64,000 nucleotides of DNA from Eledone cirrhosa. Its lineage: Eukaryota. Where the stretch lies: NCBI GenBank assembly GCA_964016885.1, contig OZ024740.1:290780001-290844000 (forward strand). Direction: 5' to 3'. The position numbers were made by a program, and so were the translations under genes. The notes beneath the pieces are model-generated. The model worked only from the letters and a program-made list of their open reading frames with translations. It ran no database searches and was not told the DNA's origin. Of this stretch, positions 29,101 to 43,779 are shown piece after piece (positions within the stretch are counted from its first letter, which is position 1; the number at the start of each line of letters is the position of its first letter).

Positions 29101-32100
29101 TAAATAAAAAACGGACACCCAAATAAAAAACGGACACCCAAATAAAAAACGAACACCCAAATAAAAAACAGACACCCAAATAAAAGACGGATCCCCATAT
29201 AAAAAAATGACCCCCCCCCCACCCCAAAAATGAAATATGGATTTCCAAGTAAAAAACGGATCCCCCACCCCAAATAAAAAAAAGGTTCGTTGCCCAAATA
29301 AAAAACGGAACCCCCAAATAAAAAACGGATCGCCCAAAATAAAAAACGGATACCCATATAAAAAACGGACCCCGACCCCAAATAAAAAAGGCATCCCCCA
29401 ATAAAAAACGGACCCCCCCCCAAAAAAAAATAAAAGACGGATACCCCCCAATAGAAAACGGACCCCCAAATAAAAAACGGCCCCCTCCAAATAAAAAAAC
29501 CATTCCCAAATAAAAAACGGTCCTCCACCCCAAATAAAAAACGGATCGATCCCCAAATAATAAATGTATCCCCAAATAAAAAACGGACACCCAAATAAAA
29601 ATCGTATCCTCAAATAAAAAACTGACCTCCAAATAAAAAAATGGACCCCCTCCAAATAAAAAACGGAACCCCAAATAAAAATGAATCCCCAAATAAAAGA
29701 CGGATCCCCAAATAAAAACGGATCCCCAAATAAAAGACAAATCCCCATATAAAAACGGACCCGCCCCCAAAAAAAATCGGATTCCCAAATAAAAAACGGA
29801 TCCCCCAAATAAAAAACTGACCACCAAATAAAAAAAATGAACCACCCCCGAAATAAAAAACGGATCCCCAAATAAAAGCGGATCCCCAAATAAAAGACGG
29901 ATCCCCAGATAAAAACGGATCGCCAAATAACAGACAGATCCCCATATAAAAACGGACCCCCGAAAAAAAAAATCGAATTCCCAAATAAAAAACGGATCCC
30001 CAAATTAAAAACGGCCCACCTCCTAAATAAAAAACGCCCCCCCCCCCCCACACCCCAATAAAAGACGGATCCTCCTCCCCAAAAAACGGATCCCGAAATT
30101 AAAAACGGACACCCTCCCAAATAAAAAACGAATCCACCTTCAATAACAAACGGATCCCCAAATAAAAAACGGACCCCCAAATAAAAAACGAATTCCCCCC
30201 AAATAAAAAACTGGCACCCCACCCCAAATAAATAACGGAGCCCAAATCAAAATTGGATCACCAAATAAAAAACGGACACCCAAATAAAAAACGGATACCC
30301 AAATAAAAAATGGACCCTAAATATAAAACGGAGACCCAAATGAAAAACGGACACCCAAATATAAAACGAATCCGCCAAATAAAAAACGGATCCCCCCAAA
30401 AAAACGGACATCAAAATAAAAGAAGGATCCCCATATAAAAAACGGACCCCCCAAAAAAAATATCAAAAACAGATTTCCAAATAAAAAACAGATCCCCCAC
30501 CCCAAATAAAAAACGGATCGATGCCCAAATAAAAAACGGGACCCACAATAAAAAACGGATCCCACCATATAAACGGATAACCATAAAAAAACGGACCCCA
30601 CCCGAATAAAAAACGAATCCCCCCCACGAATAAAAAACGGACCCCCAAATACAAAACGGATTCCCCCCCAAATACAAAACGGATTCCCCCCCAAATAAAA
30701 AACGGACACCCAACCCAAATAAAAAACGGACACCCAAATGAAAAACGGACACCCAAATAAAAGACGGATCCCCATATAAAAAAGGACCCCCCCCCCCCAA
30801 AAAAAAATACGGATTTCCAAGTAAAAAACGGATCCCCCACTCAAATAAAAAAAAGGTTCGATGCCCAAATAAAAAACGGAACCCCCAAATAAAATACGGA
30901 TCGCCCAAAATAAAAAACGGATTCCCATATTAAAAACGTACCCCCACCCCAAATAAAAAAGGGATCCCACGATAAAAAACGGACCCCCCCCCCCAATAAA
31001 AAACGGATCCCCCCAATTTAAAACGGACCCCCAAATAAAAAACGGCCCCCACCAAATAAAAAACCCATTCCAAAATAAAAAAACGGTCCTCCACCCCAAA
31101 TAAAAAACGAATCAATCCCCAAATAAAAAATGGATCCCCAAATAAAATATGGACACCCAAATAAAAACGGACCCCCAAATAAAAAAAATGTATCCCCCCA
31201 AATAAAAAACTGATCCCCAAATAAAAACGGATCCCCAAATAAAAGACGGATCCCCATATAAAAACGGACGCCCCCCCCAAAGATATCGGATTCCCAAATA
31301 AAAAACGGATCCCCCAATTAAAAACGGCCCCCCCCCCCCTCCCAAATTAAAAACGCCCAATAAAAACGAATCCCCCCCAAAAAAATGGACAGCCAAATAA
31401 AAACGGATACTCAATTAAAAAACGAATCCCCAAATAAAAAACGGATTCCCCCAAATAAATAACGGAGCCCAAATAAAAATAGGATCCCCAAATAAAAAAC
31501 GGACCCCCGCGAATAAACGACGGACACCCAAATAAAGAAATGGGCCCCTAAATAAAAAACGGACACCCAAATAAAAAACAGACACCCAAATAAAAAACGG
31601 ACACCCAAATAAAAGCCGGATCCCCATATAAAAAATGGACCCCGCACCCCCCAAAAAAAATAAAATACGGATTTCCAAGTAAAAAACGGATCCCCCACGC
31701 CAAATAAAAAAATGTTCGATGACCAAATAAAAAACGGAACCCCCAAATAAAAAACGGATCGCCCAAAATAAAAAACGGATACCCATATAAAAAACGGATC
31801 CCCACCCCAAATAAAAAAGGGATCCCCCAATAAAAAACGGATCCCCCCCCCAATAGAAACGGACCCACAAATAAAAAACGGCCCCCTCCAAATAAAAAAC
31901 CCATTCCCAAATAAAAAACGGTCCTCCACCCCAAATAAAAAACGGATCGATCTCTAAATAAAAAATGTATCCCCAAATAAAAAACGGACAGCCAAATAAA
32001 AAACATTCCCAAATAAAAAACGGATCCCCAAATAAAAAACCGGTCACCCAAATGAAAAATGGACCCCCAAATAAAAAACGATCCCCCCCCCCCACACACA

Positions 32101-33450
32101 CACACACACCAAATAAAAAACGGGTCGCCAAATAAAAAACGGACCCCACCCCAATTAAAAAACGGAACTCCCATATAAAAACGGACACCCCCAAATAAAA
32201 AACGGATCCCCAAATAAAAAACGGATCCTCAAATAAAAACGGATCCCCAAATAAAAAACGGACCCCCAAATAAAAAACGGATTCCCCCAAATAAAAAACG
32301 GATCCCCAAATTAAAAACGGACACCCTCCAAAATAAAAAACGGATCCCCTTCAATAAAAAACGGACCCCCAAATAAAAAACGGACCCCCAAATAAAAAAC
32401 GAATTCCCCCCAAATAAAAAACTGGCACCCCACCCCAAATAAATAACGGAGCCCAAATCAAAATTGGATCACCAAATAAAAAACGGACACCCAAATAAAA
32501 AACAGATACCCAAATAAAAAATGGACCCCTAAATATAAAACGGAGACCCAAATAAAAAACGGACACCCAAATATAAAACGGATCTCCAAAATAAAAAACG
32601 GATCCCCCCCAAAAAACGGATATCAAAATAAAAGACGGATCCCCATATAAAAACGGACGCCCCCCCCAAAAAAAATCGGATTCCCAAATAAAAAACGGAT
32701 CCCCAAATTAAAAACGCCCCACCCCATAAAAAACGAATCCCCCCCCAAAAAAAACGGACAGCCAGATAAAAACGGATACTCAATTAAAAAACGGATCCCC
32801 ACATAAAAAACGGATTCCCCCAAATAAATAACGGAGCCCAAATAAAAATTGTATCCCCAAATAAAAAACGGACTCCCCCGAAAAACGACGGACACCCAAA
32901 TAAAAAAATGGACCCCTAAATAAAAAACGGACACCCAAATAAAAAACAGACACCCAAATAAAAAATGGACACCCAAATAAAAGCCGGATCCCCATATAAA
33001 AAATGGACCCCGCACACCCCCCCCCCAAAAAAAATACGGATTTCCAAGTAAAAAACGGATCCCCCACCCCAAATAAAAAAAGGTTTGATGACCAAATGAA
33101 AAACGGAACCCCCAAATAAAAAACGGATGGCACAAAATAAAAAACGGATACCCATATAAAAAACGAATCCCCATCCCAAATAAAAAAGGGATCCCCCAAT
33201 AAAAAACGGCCCCCTCCAAATAAAAAACCCATTCCCAAATAAAAAACGGTCCTCCACCCCAAATAAAAAACGGATCGATCTCCAAATAAAAAATGTATCC
33301 CCAAATAAAAAACGGACACCCAAATAAAAAACATTCCCAAATAAAAAACGGATCCCCAAATAAAAAACGGTCACCCAAATGAAAATTGGACCCACAAATA
33401 AAAAACGATCCCCCCCCCCCACACACACACACCAAATAAAAAACGGGTCG
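26200..33450 (+). repeat. Two further copies of the ~2.6-2.9-kb block (~26200-28830 and ~30790-33450), offset ~4.57 kb
   Basis: ORF ends at 26843/31411 and 28211/32780 are offset by 4568-4569. Marker order matches the 17960-23750 copies. Confidence 0.78.
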
Positions 33451-35999
33451 CCAAATAAAAAACGGACCCCACCCCAATTAAAAAACGGAACTCCCAAATA
33501 AAAACGGACACCCCCAAATAAAAAACGGATCCCCAAATAAAAAACGGATCCTCAAATAAAAACGGATCCCCAAATAAAAAACGGAGCCCCAAATAAAAAA
33601 CGGATTGCCCCAAATAAAAAACGAATCCCCAAATTAAAAACGGACACCCTCCCAAATAAAAAACGGATCCCCCTTCAATAAAAAACGGATCCCCAAATAA
33701 AAAACGGACCCCCAAATAAAAAACGAATTCCCCCCAAATAAAAAACTGGCACCCGACCCCAAATAAATAACGGAGCCCAAATAAAAATTGGATCACCAAA
33801 TAAAAAACGGAACCCCAAATAAAAAACGGATACCCACCTCAAATAAAAAAGGGATCCCCCAATAAAAAACGGATCCCCCCAATAGAAACGGACCCCCAAA
33901 TATAAAACGGCCCCCTCCAAATAAAAAACCCATTCCCAAATAAAAAACGGCCCCCACCCCAAATAAAAAACGGATCGATCTCCAAATAAAAAATGTATCC
34001 CCAAATAAAAAACGGACACCCAAATAAAAAACATTCCCAAATAAAAAACGGATCCCCAAATAAAAAACGGTCACCCGAATGAAAAATGGACCCCCAAATA
34101 AAAAACGATCCCCCCCACTACACACATACACCAAATAAAAAACGGGTCGCCAAATAAAAAACGGACCCCACCCCAATTAAAAAACGGAACTCCCAAATAA
34201 AAACGGACACCCCCAAATAAAAAACGGGTCCCCAAATAAAAAACGGATCCTCAAATAAAAACGGATCCCCAAATAAAAAACGGACCCCCAAATAAAAAAC
34301 GGATTCCCCCATATAAAAAACGGATCCCCAAATTAAAAACGGACACCCTCCCAAATAAAAAACGGATCCACCTTCAATAAAAAACGGACCCCCAAATAAA
34401 AAACGAATTCCCCCCAAATAAAAAACTGGCACCCCATCCCAAATAAATAACGGAGCCCAAATCAAAATTGGATCACCAAATAAAAAACGGACACCCAAAT
34501 AAAAAACAGATACCCAAATAAAAAATGGACCCCTAAATAAAAACGAAGACCCAAATAAAAAACGGACACCCAAAGATAAAACAGATCCCCCAAATAAAAA
34601 ACGGATCCCCCCCAAAAAACGGACATCAAAATAAAAGAAGGATCCCCATATAAATAACGGACCCCCCCAAAAAAAATATCAAAAACAGATTTCCAAATAA
34701 AAAACAGATCCCCCACCCCAAATAAAAAACGGGTCGATACCCACAATAAAAAACGGACCCCACCCAAATAAAAAACGGATCCCCCCCACAAATAAAAAAC
34801 GGACACCCAAATAAAAAACGGATTTCCCCCAAATAAATAACGAACCCCCTCCCAAATAAAAAACGGACCCCCAAATAAAAAACGGATTCCCCCCCAAATA
34901 AAAAACGGGCCCCCCAACCCAAATAAATAACGGAGCCCAAATAAAAAATGGATCCCCAAATAAAAAACGGACACCCAAATAAAAAACGGATCCCCAAATA
35001 AAAAACGGACAGCCAAATAAAAAACGGACCCCCAAATAAAAAACGAACACCCAAATAAAAAAATGGAACCCTAAATAAAAAACGGACACCCAAATAAAAA
35101 ACGGACACCCAAATAAAAAACGGACACCCAAATAAAAAACAGACACCCAAATAAAAGACGGATCCCCATATAAAAAAATGACCCCCCCCCCCCACCCCAA
35201 AAATGAAATATGGATTTCCAAGTAAAAAACGGATCCCCCACCCCAAATAAAAAAAAGGTTCGATGCCCAAATAAAAAACGCAACCCCCAAATAAAAAACG
35301 GATCGCCCAAAATAAAAAACGGATACCCATATAAAAAACGGACCCCGACCCCAAATAAAAAGGCATCCCCCAATAAAAAACGGACCCCCCCCCCCCCAAA
35401 AAAAAAAACGGATACCCCCCAATAGAAAACGGACCCCCAAATAAAAAACGGCCCCCTCCAAATAAAAAACCCATTCCCAAATAAAAAACGGTCCTCCACC
35501 CCAAATAAAAAACGGATCGATCCCCAAATGAAAAATGGATCCCCAAATAAAAAACGGACACCCAAATAAAAATCGTATCCCCAAATAAAAAACTGACCTC
35601 CAAATAAAAAAAATGGACCCCCTCCAAATAAAAAACGGATCCCCAAATAAAAATGAATCCCCAAATAAAAGACGGATCCCCAAATAAAAACGGATCCCCA
35701 AATAAAAGACAAATCCCCATATAAAAACGGACCCGCCCCCCAAAAAAATCGGATTCCCAAATAAAAAACGGATCCCCCAAATAAAAAACTGACCACCAAA
35801 TAAAAAAAATGGACCCCCCCGAAATAAAAAACGGATCCCCAAATAAAAGACGGATCTCCAGATAAAAATGGATCCCCAAATAACAGACAGATCCCCATAT
35901 AAAAACGGACCCCCCCGAAAAAAAAAATCGGATTCCCAAATAAAAAACGGATCCCCAAATTAAAAACGGCCCAGCTCCTAAATAAAAAACGCCCCCCCC

Positions 36000-38900
36000 C
36001 CCCCCCCACACCCCAATAAAAGACGGATCCCCCCCAAAAAAGAACGGATCCCGAAATTAAAAACGGACACCCTCCCAAATAAAAAACGAATCCACCTTCA
36101 ATAACAAACGGATCCCCAAATAAAAAACGGACCCCCAAATAAAAAACGAATTCCCCCCAAATAAAAAACTGGCACCCCACCCCAAATAAATAACGGAGCC
36201 CAAATCAAAATTGGATCACCAAATAAAAAACGGACACCCAAATAAATAACGGATACCCAAATAAAAAATGGACCCCTAAATATAAAACGGAGACCCAAAT
36301 GAAAAACGGACACCCAAATATAAAACGGATCCCCCAAATAAAAAACGGATCCCCCCAAAAAAACGGACATCAAAATAAAAGAAGGATCCCCATATAAAAA
36401 ATGGACCCCCCAAAAAAAATATCAAAAACGGATTTCCAAATAAAAAACAGATCCCCCACCCCAAATAAAAAACGGATCGATGCCCAAATAAAAAACGGGA
36501 CCCACAATAAAAAACGGATCCCACCATATAAACGGATAACCATAAAAAAACGGACCCCACCCGAATAAAAAACAGATCCGCCCACAAATAAAAAACGGAC
36601 ACCCAAATAAAAAACGGATTTCCCTCAAATAAATAACGGACCCCCTCCCAAATAAAAAACGGACCCCCAAATAAAAAACGGATTCCCCCCAAATAAAAAA
36701 CGGGCCCCCCAAACCAAATAAATAACGGAGCCCAAATAAAAAGTGGATCCCCAAATAAAAAACGGACACCCAAATAAAAAACGGATCCCCAAATAAAAAA
36801 CGGACAGCCAAATAAAAAACGGACGCCCCAAATAAAAAACGAACCCCCAAATAGAAAAATGGACCCCTAAATAAAAAACGGACACCCAAATAAAAAACGG
36901 ACACCCAAATAAAAGACGGATCCCCATATAAATAAATGACACCCCGCCCCCCCCCCAAATAAAATATGGATTTCCGAGTAAAAAACGGATCCCCACCCCA
37001 AATAAAAAAAAGGTTCGATGCCCAAATAAAAAACGGAACCCCCAAATAAAAAACGGATCGCCCAAAATAAAAAACGGATACCCATATAAAAAACTGACCC
37101 CCACCCCAAATAAAAAAGGGATCCCCCAATAAAAAACGGACCCCCCCCCCCAAATAAAAAACGGATACCCACCAATAGAAAACGGACCCCCAAATAAAAA
37201 ACGGCCCCCTCCAAATAAAAAACCCATTCCCAAATATAAAACGGTCCTCCACCCTAAATAAAAAACGGATCGATCCCCAAATAAAAATGGATCCCCAAAT
37301 AAAAAACGGACACCCAAATAAAAAACGTATCCCCAAATAAAAAACTGACCTCCAAATAAAAAAAATGGACCCCCCCCAAATAAAAAACGGATCCCCAAAT
37401 AAAAACGGATCCCAAAATAAAAGACGGATCCCCAAATAAAAACGGATCCCCAAATAAAAGACAAATCCCCATATAAAAAATGGATCCCCAAATAAAATAT
37501 GGACACCCAAATAAAAACGGACCCCCAAATAAAAAAAATGGATCCCCCCAAATAAAAAACTGATCCCCAAATAAAAGACAGATCCCCATATAAAAACGGA
37601 CCCCCCCCCCAAAAAAAAATCGGATTCCCAAATAAAAAACGGATCCCCAAATTAAAAACGGCTCCCCTCCCAAATAAAAAACGGATTCCCCCAAATAAAT
37701 AACGGAGCCCAAATAAAAATTGGATTCCCAAATAAAAAACGGACCCCGCTTCCCCAATTAAAAAAGGATACCCCCCCAATAAAAAACAGACCCCTAAATA
37801 AATAACGGACCCCTCCAAATAAAAATCAGATCCCTAAATAAAAAACGGACAACCAAATCAAAAACGGATCCTCCCAAATAAAAAACGGATGCCAAATAAA
37901 AAACGGACACCCAAATAAAAGACGGATCCCCATATAAAAAACGGAGCCCCACCCCTAATACAAAACGGATCCCCCAATAAAAAACGGATCCCCCACCCCA
38001 AATAAAAAACGGACCTACCCCCCTCCCCTAATAAAAAACGGATCGTCAAATAAGAAACAGATCCCCAAATAAAAAACGGATTCCCCCAAATAAAAAACGG
38101 ATACACAAAATTAAAAACGGACCCCCTCCCAAACAAAAAACGGACCGCCCCCCAACAGAAAACGGACCCCCAAATAATAAACGGCCCCCTCCTAATAAAA
38201 AACCCATTCCCAAAATAAAAAACGGTCCTCCACCCCAAATAAAAAACGGATCAATCCCCAAATAAAAAATGGATCCCCAAATAAAAAACGGATTCCCCCA
38301 AATAAAGAACGGATCCCCAAATTAAAAACGGACACCCTCCCAAATAAAAAACGGATCCCCCTTCAATAAAAAACGGATCCCCAAATAAAAAACGGACCCC
38401 CAAATAAAAAACGGATCCCCCTTCAATAAAAAAACGGATCCCCAAATAAAAAACGGACCCCCAAATAAAAAACGAATTCCCCCCAAATAAAAAACTGGCA
38501 CCCCACCCCAAATAAATAACGGAGCCCAAATAAATATTGGATCACCAAATAAAAAACGGACACCCAAATAAAAAACGGATACCCAAATAAAAAATGGACC
38601 CCTAAATATAAAACGGAGACCCAAATGAAAAACGGACACCCAAATATAAAACGGATCCCCCAAATAAAAAACGGATCCCCCCCAAAAAACGGACATCAAA
38701 ATAAAAGAAGGATCCCCATATAAAAAATGGACCCCCCAAAAGAAATATCAAAAACGGATTTCCAAATAAAAAACAGATCCCCCACCCCAAATAAAAAACG
38801 GATCGATTCCCAAATAAAAAACGGGACCCACAATAAAAAACGGATCCCACCATATAAACGGATAACCATAAAAAAACGGACCCCACCCGAATAAAAACGG

Positions 38901-41900
38901 ATCCCCCCACAAATAAAAAACGGACACCCAAATAAAAAACGGATTTCCCTCAAATAAATAAGGGACCCCCTCCCAAATAAAAAACGGACCCCCAAATAAA
39001 AAACGGATTCCCCCCAAATAAAAAACGGGCCCCCCAAACCAAATAAATAACGGAGCACAAATAAAAAGTGGATCCCCAAATAAAAAACGGACACCCTAAT
39101 AAAAAGCGGATCCCCAAATAAAAAACGGACAGCCAAATAAAAAACGGACGCCCCAAATAAAAAACGAACCCCCAAATAGAAAAATGGACCCCTAAATAAA
39201 AAACGGACACCCAAATAAAAAACGGACACCCAAATAAAAAACGGACACCCAAATAAAAGACGGATCCCCATATAAAAAAATGACCCCCCCCCAAAAAATA
39301 AAATATGGATTTCCAAGTAAAAAACGGATCCCCACCCCAAATAAAAAAAAGGTTCGATGCCCAAATAAAAAACGTAACCCCCAAATAAAAAACGGATCGC
39401 CCAAAATAAAAAACGGATGCCCATATAAAAAACGGACCCCCACCCCTAATAAAAAACGGATCCCCCAAATAAAAAACTGACCACCAAATAAAAAAAATGG
39501 ATCCCCCCGAAATAAAAAACGGATCCCCAAATACAAGCGGATCCCCAAATAAAAGACGGATCCCCAGATAAAAACGGATCCCCAAATAAAAGACAGATCC
39601 CCATATAAAAACGGACCCCCCCCCAAAAAAAATCGGATTCCCCAAAAAAAACGGATCCCCAAATTAGAAACGGCCCACCTCCTAAATAAAAAACGCCCCC
39701 CACCCCCACCCCAATAAAAGACGGATCCCCCCCCAAAATAACAGATCCCCAAATTAAAAACGGACACCCTCCCAAATAAAAAACGAATCCACCTTCAATA
39801 ACAAACGGATCCCCAAATAAAAAACGAACCCCCAAATAAAAAACGAATTCCCCCCAAATAAAAAACTGGCACCCCACCCCAAATAAATAACGGAGCCCAA
39901 ATCAAAATTGGATCACCAAATAAAAAACGGACACCCAAATAAAATACGGATACCCAAATAAAAAATGGACCCCTAAATATAAAACGGAGACCCAAATGAA
40001 TAACGGACACCCAAATATAAAACAGATCCCCCAAATAAAAAACGGATCCCCCCAAAAAAACGGACATCAAAATAAAAGAAGGATCCCCATATAAAAAACG
40101 GACCCCCCCAAAAAAATATCAAAAACGGATTTCCAAATAAAAAACAGATCCCCCACCCCAAATAAAAAACGGATCGATGCCCAAATAAAAAACGGGACCC
40201 ACAATAAAAAACGGATCCCACCATATAAACGGATTTCCCTCAAATAAATAACGGACCCCCTCCAAATAAAAAACGGACCCCCAAATAAAAAACGGATTCC
40301 CCCCAAATAAAAAACGGGCCCCCCAAACCAAATAAATAACGGAGCCCAAATAAAAAGTGGATCCCCAAATAAAAAACGGACACCCAAATAAAAAACGGAT
40401 CCCCAAATAAAAAACGGACAGCCAAATAAAAAACGGACGCCCCAAATAAAAAACGAACACCCAAATAGAAAAATGGACCCCTAAATAAAAAACGGACACC
40501 CAAATAAAAAACGGACACCCAAATAAAAGACGGATCCCCATATAAATAAATGACACCCCGCCCCCCCCCCCCCAAATAAAATATGGATTTCCGAGTAAAA
40601 AACGGATCCCACCCCAAATAAAAAAAAGGTTCGATGCCCAAATAAAAAACGGAACCCCCAAATAAAAAACGGATCGCCCAAAATAAAAAACGGATACCCA
40701 TATAAAAAACGGACCCCCACCCCAAATAAAAAAGGGATCCCCCAATAAAAAACGGAACCCCCCCCCAAATAAAAAACGGATACCCACCAATAGAAAACGG
40801 ACCCCCAAATAAAAAACGGCCCCCTCCAAATAAAAAACCCATTCCCAAATAAAATACGGTCCTCCACCCTAAATAAAAAACGGATCGATCCCCAAATAAA
40901 AAATGGATCCCCAAATAAAAAACGGACACCCAAATAAAAAACGTATCCCCAAATAAAAAACTGACCTCCAAATAAAAAAAATGGACCCCCCCCCCCCCCA
41001 AATAAAAAACGGATCCCCAAATAAAAACGGATCCCAAAATAAAAGACGGATCCCCAAATAAAAACGGATCCCCAAATAAAAGACAAATCCCCATATAAAA
41101 AATGGATCCCCAAATAAAATATGGACACCCAAATAAAAACAGACCCCCAAATAAAAAAAATGGATCCCCCCAAATAAAAAACTGATCCCCAAATAAAAGA
41201 CAGATCCCCATATAAAAACGGACCCCCCCCCCAAAAAAAAAATCGGATTCCCAAATAAAAAACGGATCCCCAAATTAAAAACGGCCCCCCTCCCAAATAA
41301 AAAACGGATTCCCCCAAATAAATAACGGAGCCCAAATAAAAATTGGATTCCCAAATAAAAAACGGACCCCGCTTCCCCAATTAAAAAAGGATACCCCCCC
41401 CAATAAAAAACAGATCCCTAAATAAAAAACGGACAACCAAATCAAAAACGGATCCTCCCAAATAAAAAACGGATGCCAAATAAAAAACGGACACCCAAAT
41501 AAAAGACGGATCCCCATATAAAAAACGGAGCCCCACCCCTAATACAAAACGGATCCCCCAATAAAAAACGGATCCCCCACCCCAAATAAAAAACGGACCT
41601 ACCCCCCTCCCCTAATAAAAAACGGATCGTCAAATAAGAAACAGATCCCAAAATAAAAAACGGATTCCCCCAAATAAAAAACGGATACAGAAAATTAAAA
41701 ACGGACCCCCTCCCAAACAAAAAACGGACCGCCCCCCAATAGAAAACGGACACCCAAATAATAAACGGCCCCCTCCTAATAAAAAACCCATTCCCAAAAT
41801 AAAAAACGGTCCTCCACCCCAAATAAAAAACGGATCAATCCCCAAATAAAAAATGGATCCCCAAATAAAAAACGGATTCCCCCAAATAAAGAACGGATCC

Positions 41901-43770
41901 CCAAATTAAAAACGGACACCCTCCCAAATAAAAAACGGATCGCCCTTCAATAAAAAACGGATCCCCAAATAAAAAACGGACCCCCAAATAAAAAACGGAT
42001 CCCCCTTCAATAAAAAACGGATCCCCAAATAAAAAACGGACCCCCAAATTAAAAACGAATTCCCCCCAAATAAAAAACTGGCACCCCACCCCAAATAAAT
42101 AACGGAGCCCAAATAAATATTGGATCACCAAATAGAAAACGGACACCCAAATAAAAAACGGATACCCAAATAAAAAATGGACCCCTAAATATAAAACGGA
42201 GACCCAAATGAAAAACGGACACCCAAATATAAAACGGATCCCCCAAATAAAAAACGGATCCCCCCCAAAAAACGGACATCAAAATAAAAGAAGGATCCCC
42301 ATATAAAAAATGGACCCCCCAAAAGAAATATTAAAAACGGATTTCCAAATAAAAAACAGATCCCCCACCCCAAATAAAAAACGGATCGATGCCCAAATAA
42401 AAAACGGGACCCACAATAAAAAACGGATCCCACCATATAAACGGATAACCATAAAAAACGGACCCCACCCGAATAAAAAACGGATCCCCCCACAAATAAA
42501 AAACGGACACCCAAATAAAAAACGGATTTCCCTCAAATAAATAACGGACCCCCTCCCAATTAAAAAACGGACCCCCAAATAAAAAACGGATTCCCCCTAA
42601 ATAAAAAACGGGCCCCCCAAACCAAATAAATAACGGAGCCCAAATAAAAAGTGGATCCCCAAATAAAAAACGGACACCCAAATAAAAAGCGGATCCCCAA
42701 ATAAAAAACGGACAGCCAAATAAAAAACGGACGCCCCAAATAAAAAACGAACCCCCAAATAGAAAAATGGACCCCTAAATAAAAAACGGACACCCAAATA
42801 AAAAACGGACACCCAAATAAAAAACGGACACCCAAATAAAAGACGGATCCCCATATAAAAAAATGACCCCCCCCAAAAAAATAAAATATGGATTTCCAAG
42901 TAAAAAACGGATCCCCACCCCAAATAAAAAAAAGGTTCGATGCCCAAATAAAAAACATAACCCCCAAATAAAAAACGGATCGCCCAAAATAAAAAACGGA
43001 TGCCCATATAAAAAACGGACCCCCACCCCTAATAAAAAACGGATCCCCCAAATAAAAAACTGACCACCAAATAAAAAAAATGGATCCCCCCGAAATAAAA
43101 AACGGATCCCCAAATAAAAGCGGATCCCCAAATAAAAGACGGATCCCCAGATAAAAACGGATCCCCAAATAAAAGACAGATCCCCATATAAAAACGGACC
43201 CCCCCCCCCAAAAAAAAATCGGATTCCCAAAAAAAAACGGATCCCCAAATTAAAAACGGCCACCTCCTAAATAAAAAACGCCCCCCCCCCACCCCACCCC
43301 AATAAAAGACGGATCCCCCCAAAATAACAGATCCCCAAATTAAAAACGGACACCCTCCCAAATAAAAAACGAATCCACCTTCAATAACAAACGGATCCCC
43401 AAATAAAAAACGGACCCCCAAATAAAAAACGAATTCCCCCCAAATAAAAAACTGGCACCCCACCCCAAATAAATAACGGAGCCCAAATCAAAATTGGATC
43501 ACCAAATAAAAAACGGACACCCAAATAAAAAACGGATACCCAAATAAAAAATGGACCCCTAAATATAAAACGGAGACCCAAATAAAAAACGGACACCCAA
43601 ATATAAAACGGATCCCCCAAATTAAAAACGGATCCCCCCCAAAAAACGGACATCAAAATAAAAGAAGGATCCACATATAAAAAACGGACCCCCCCAAAAA
43701 AAATATCAAATACGGATTTCCAAATAAAAAACAGATCCCCCACCCCAAATAAAAAACGGATCGATGCCCA
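36000..43770 (+). repeat. ~3.6-kb tandem higher-order repeat, just over 2 copies
   Basis: ORFs 37858..38238 and 41442..41822 (offset 3584), 38696..39424 and 42279..43007 (3583), 36098..36373 and 39795..40070 (3697). Confidence 0.85.
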
Positions 43771-43779
43771 AATAAAAAA

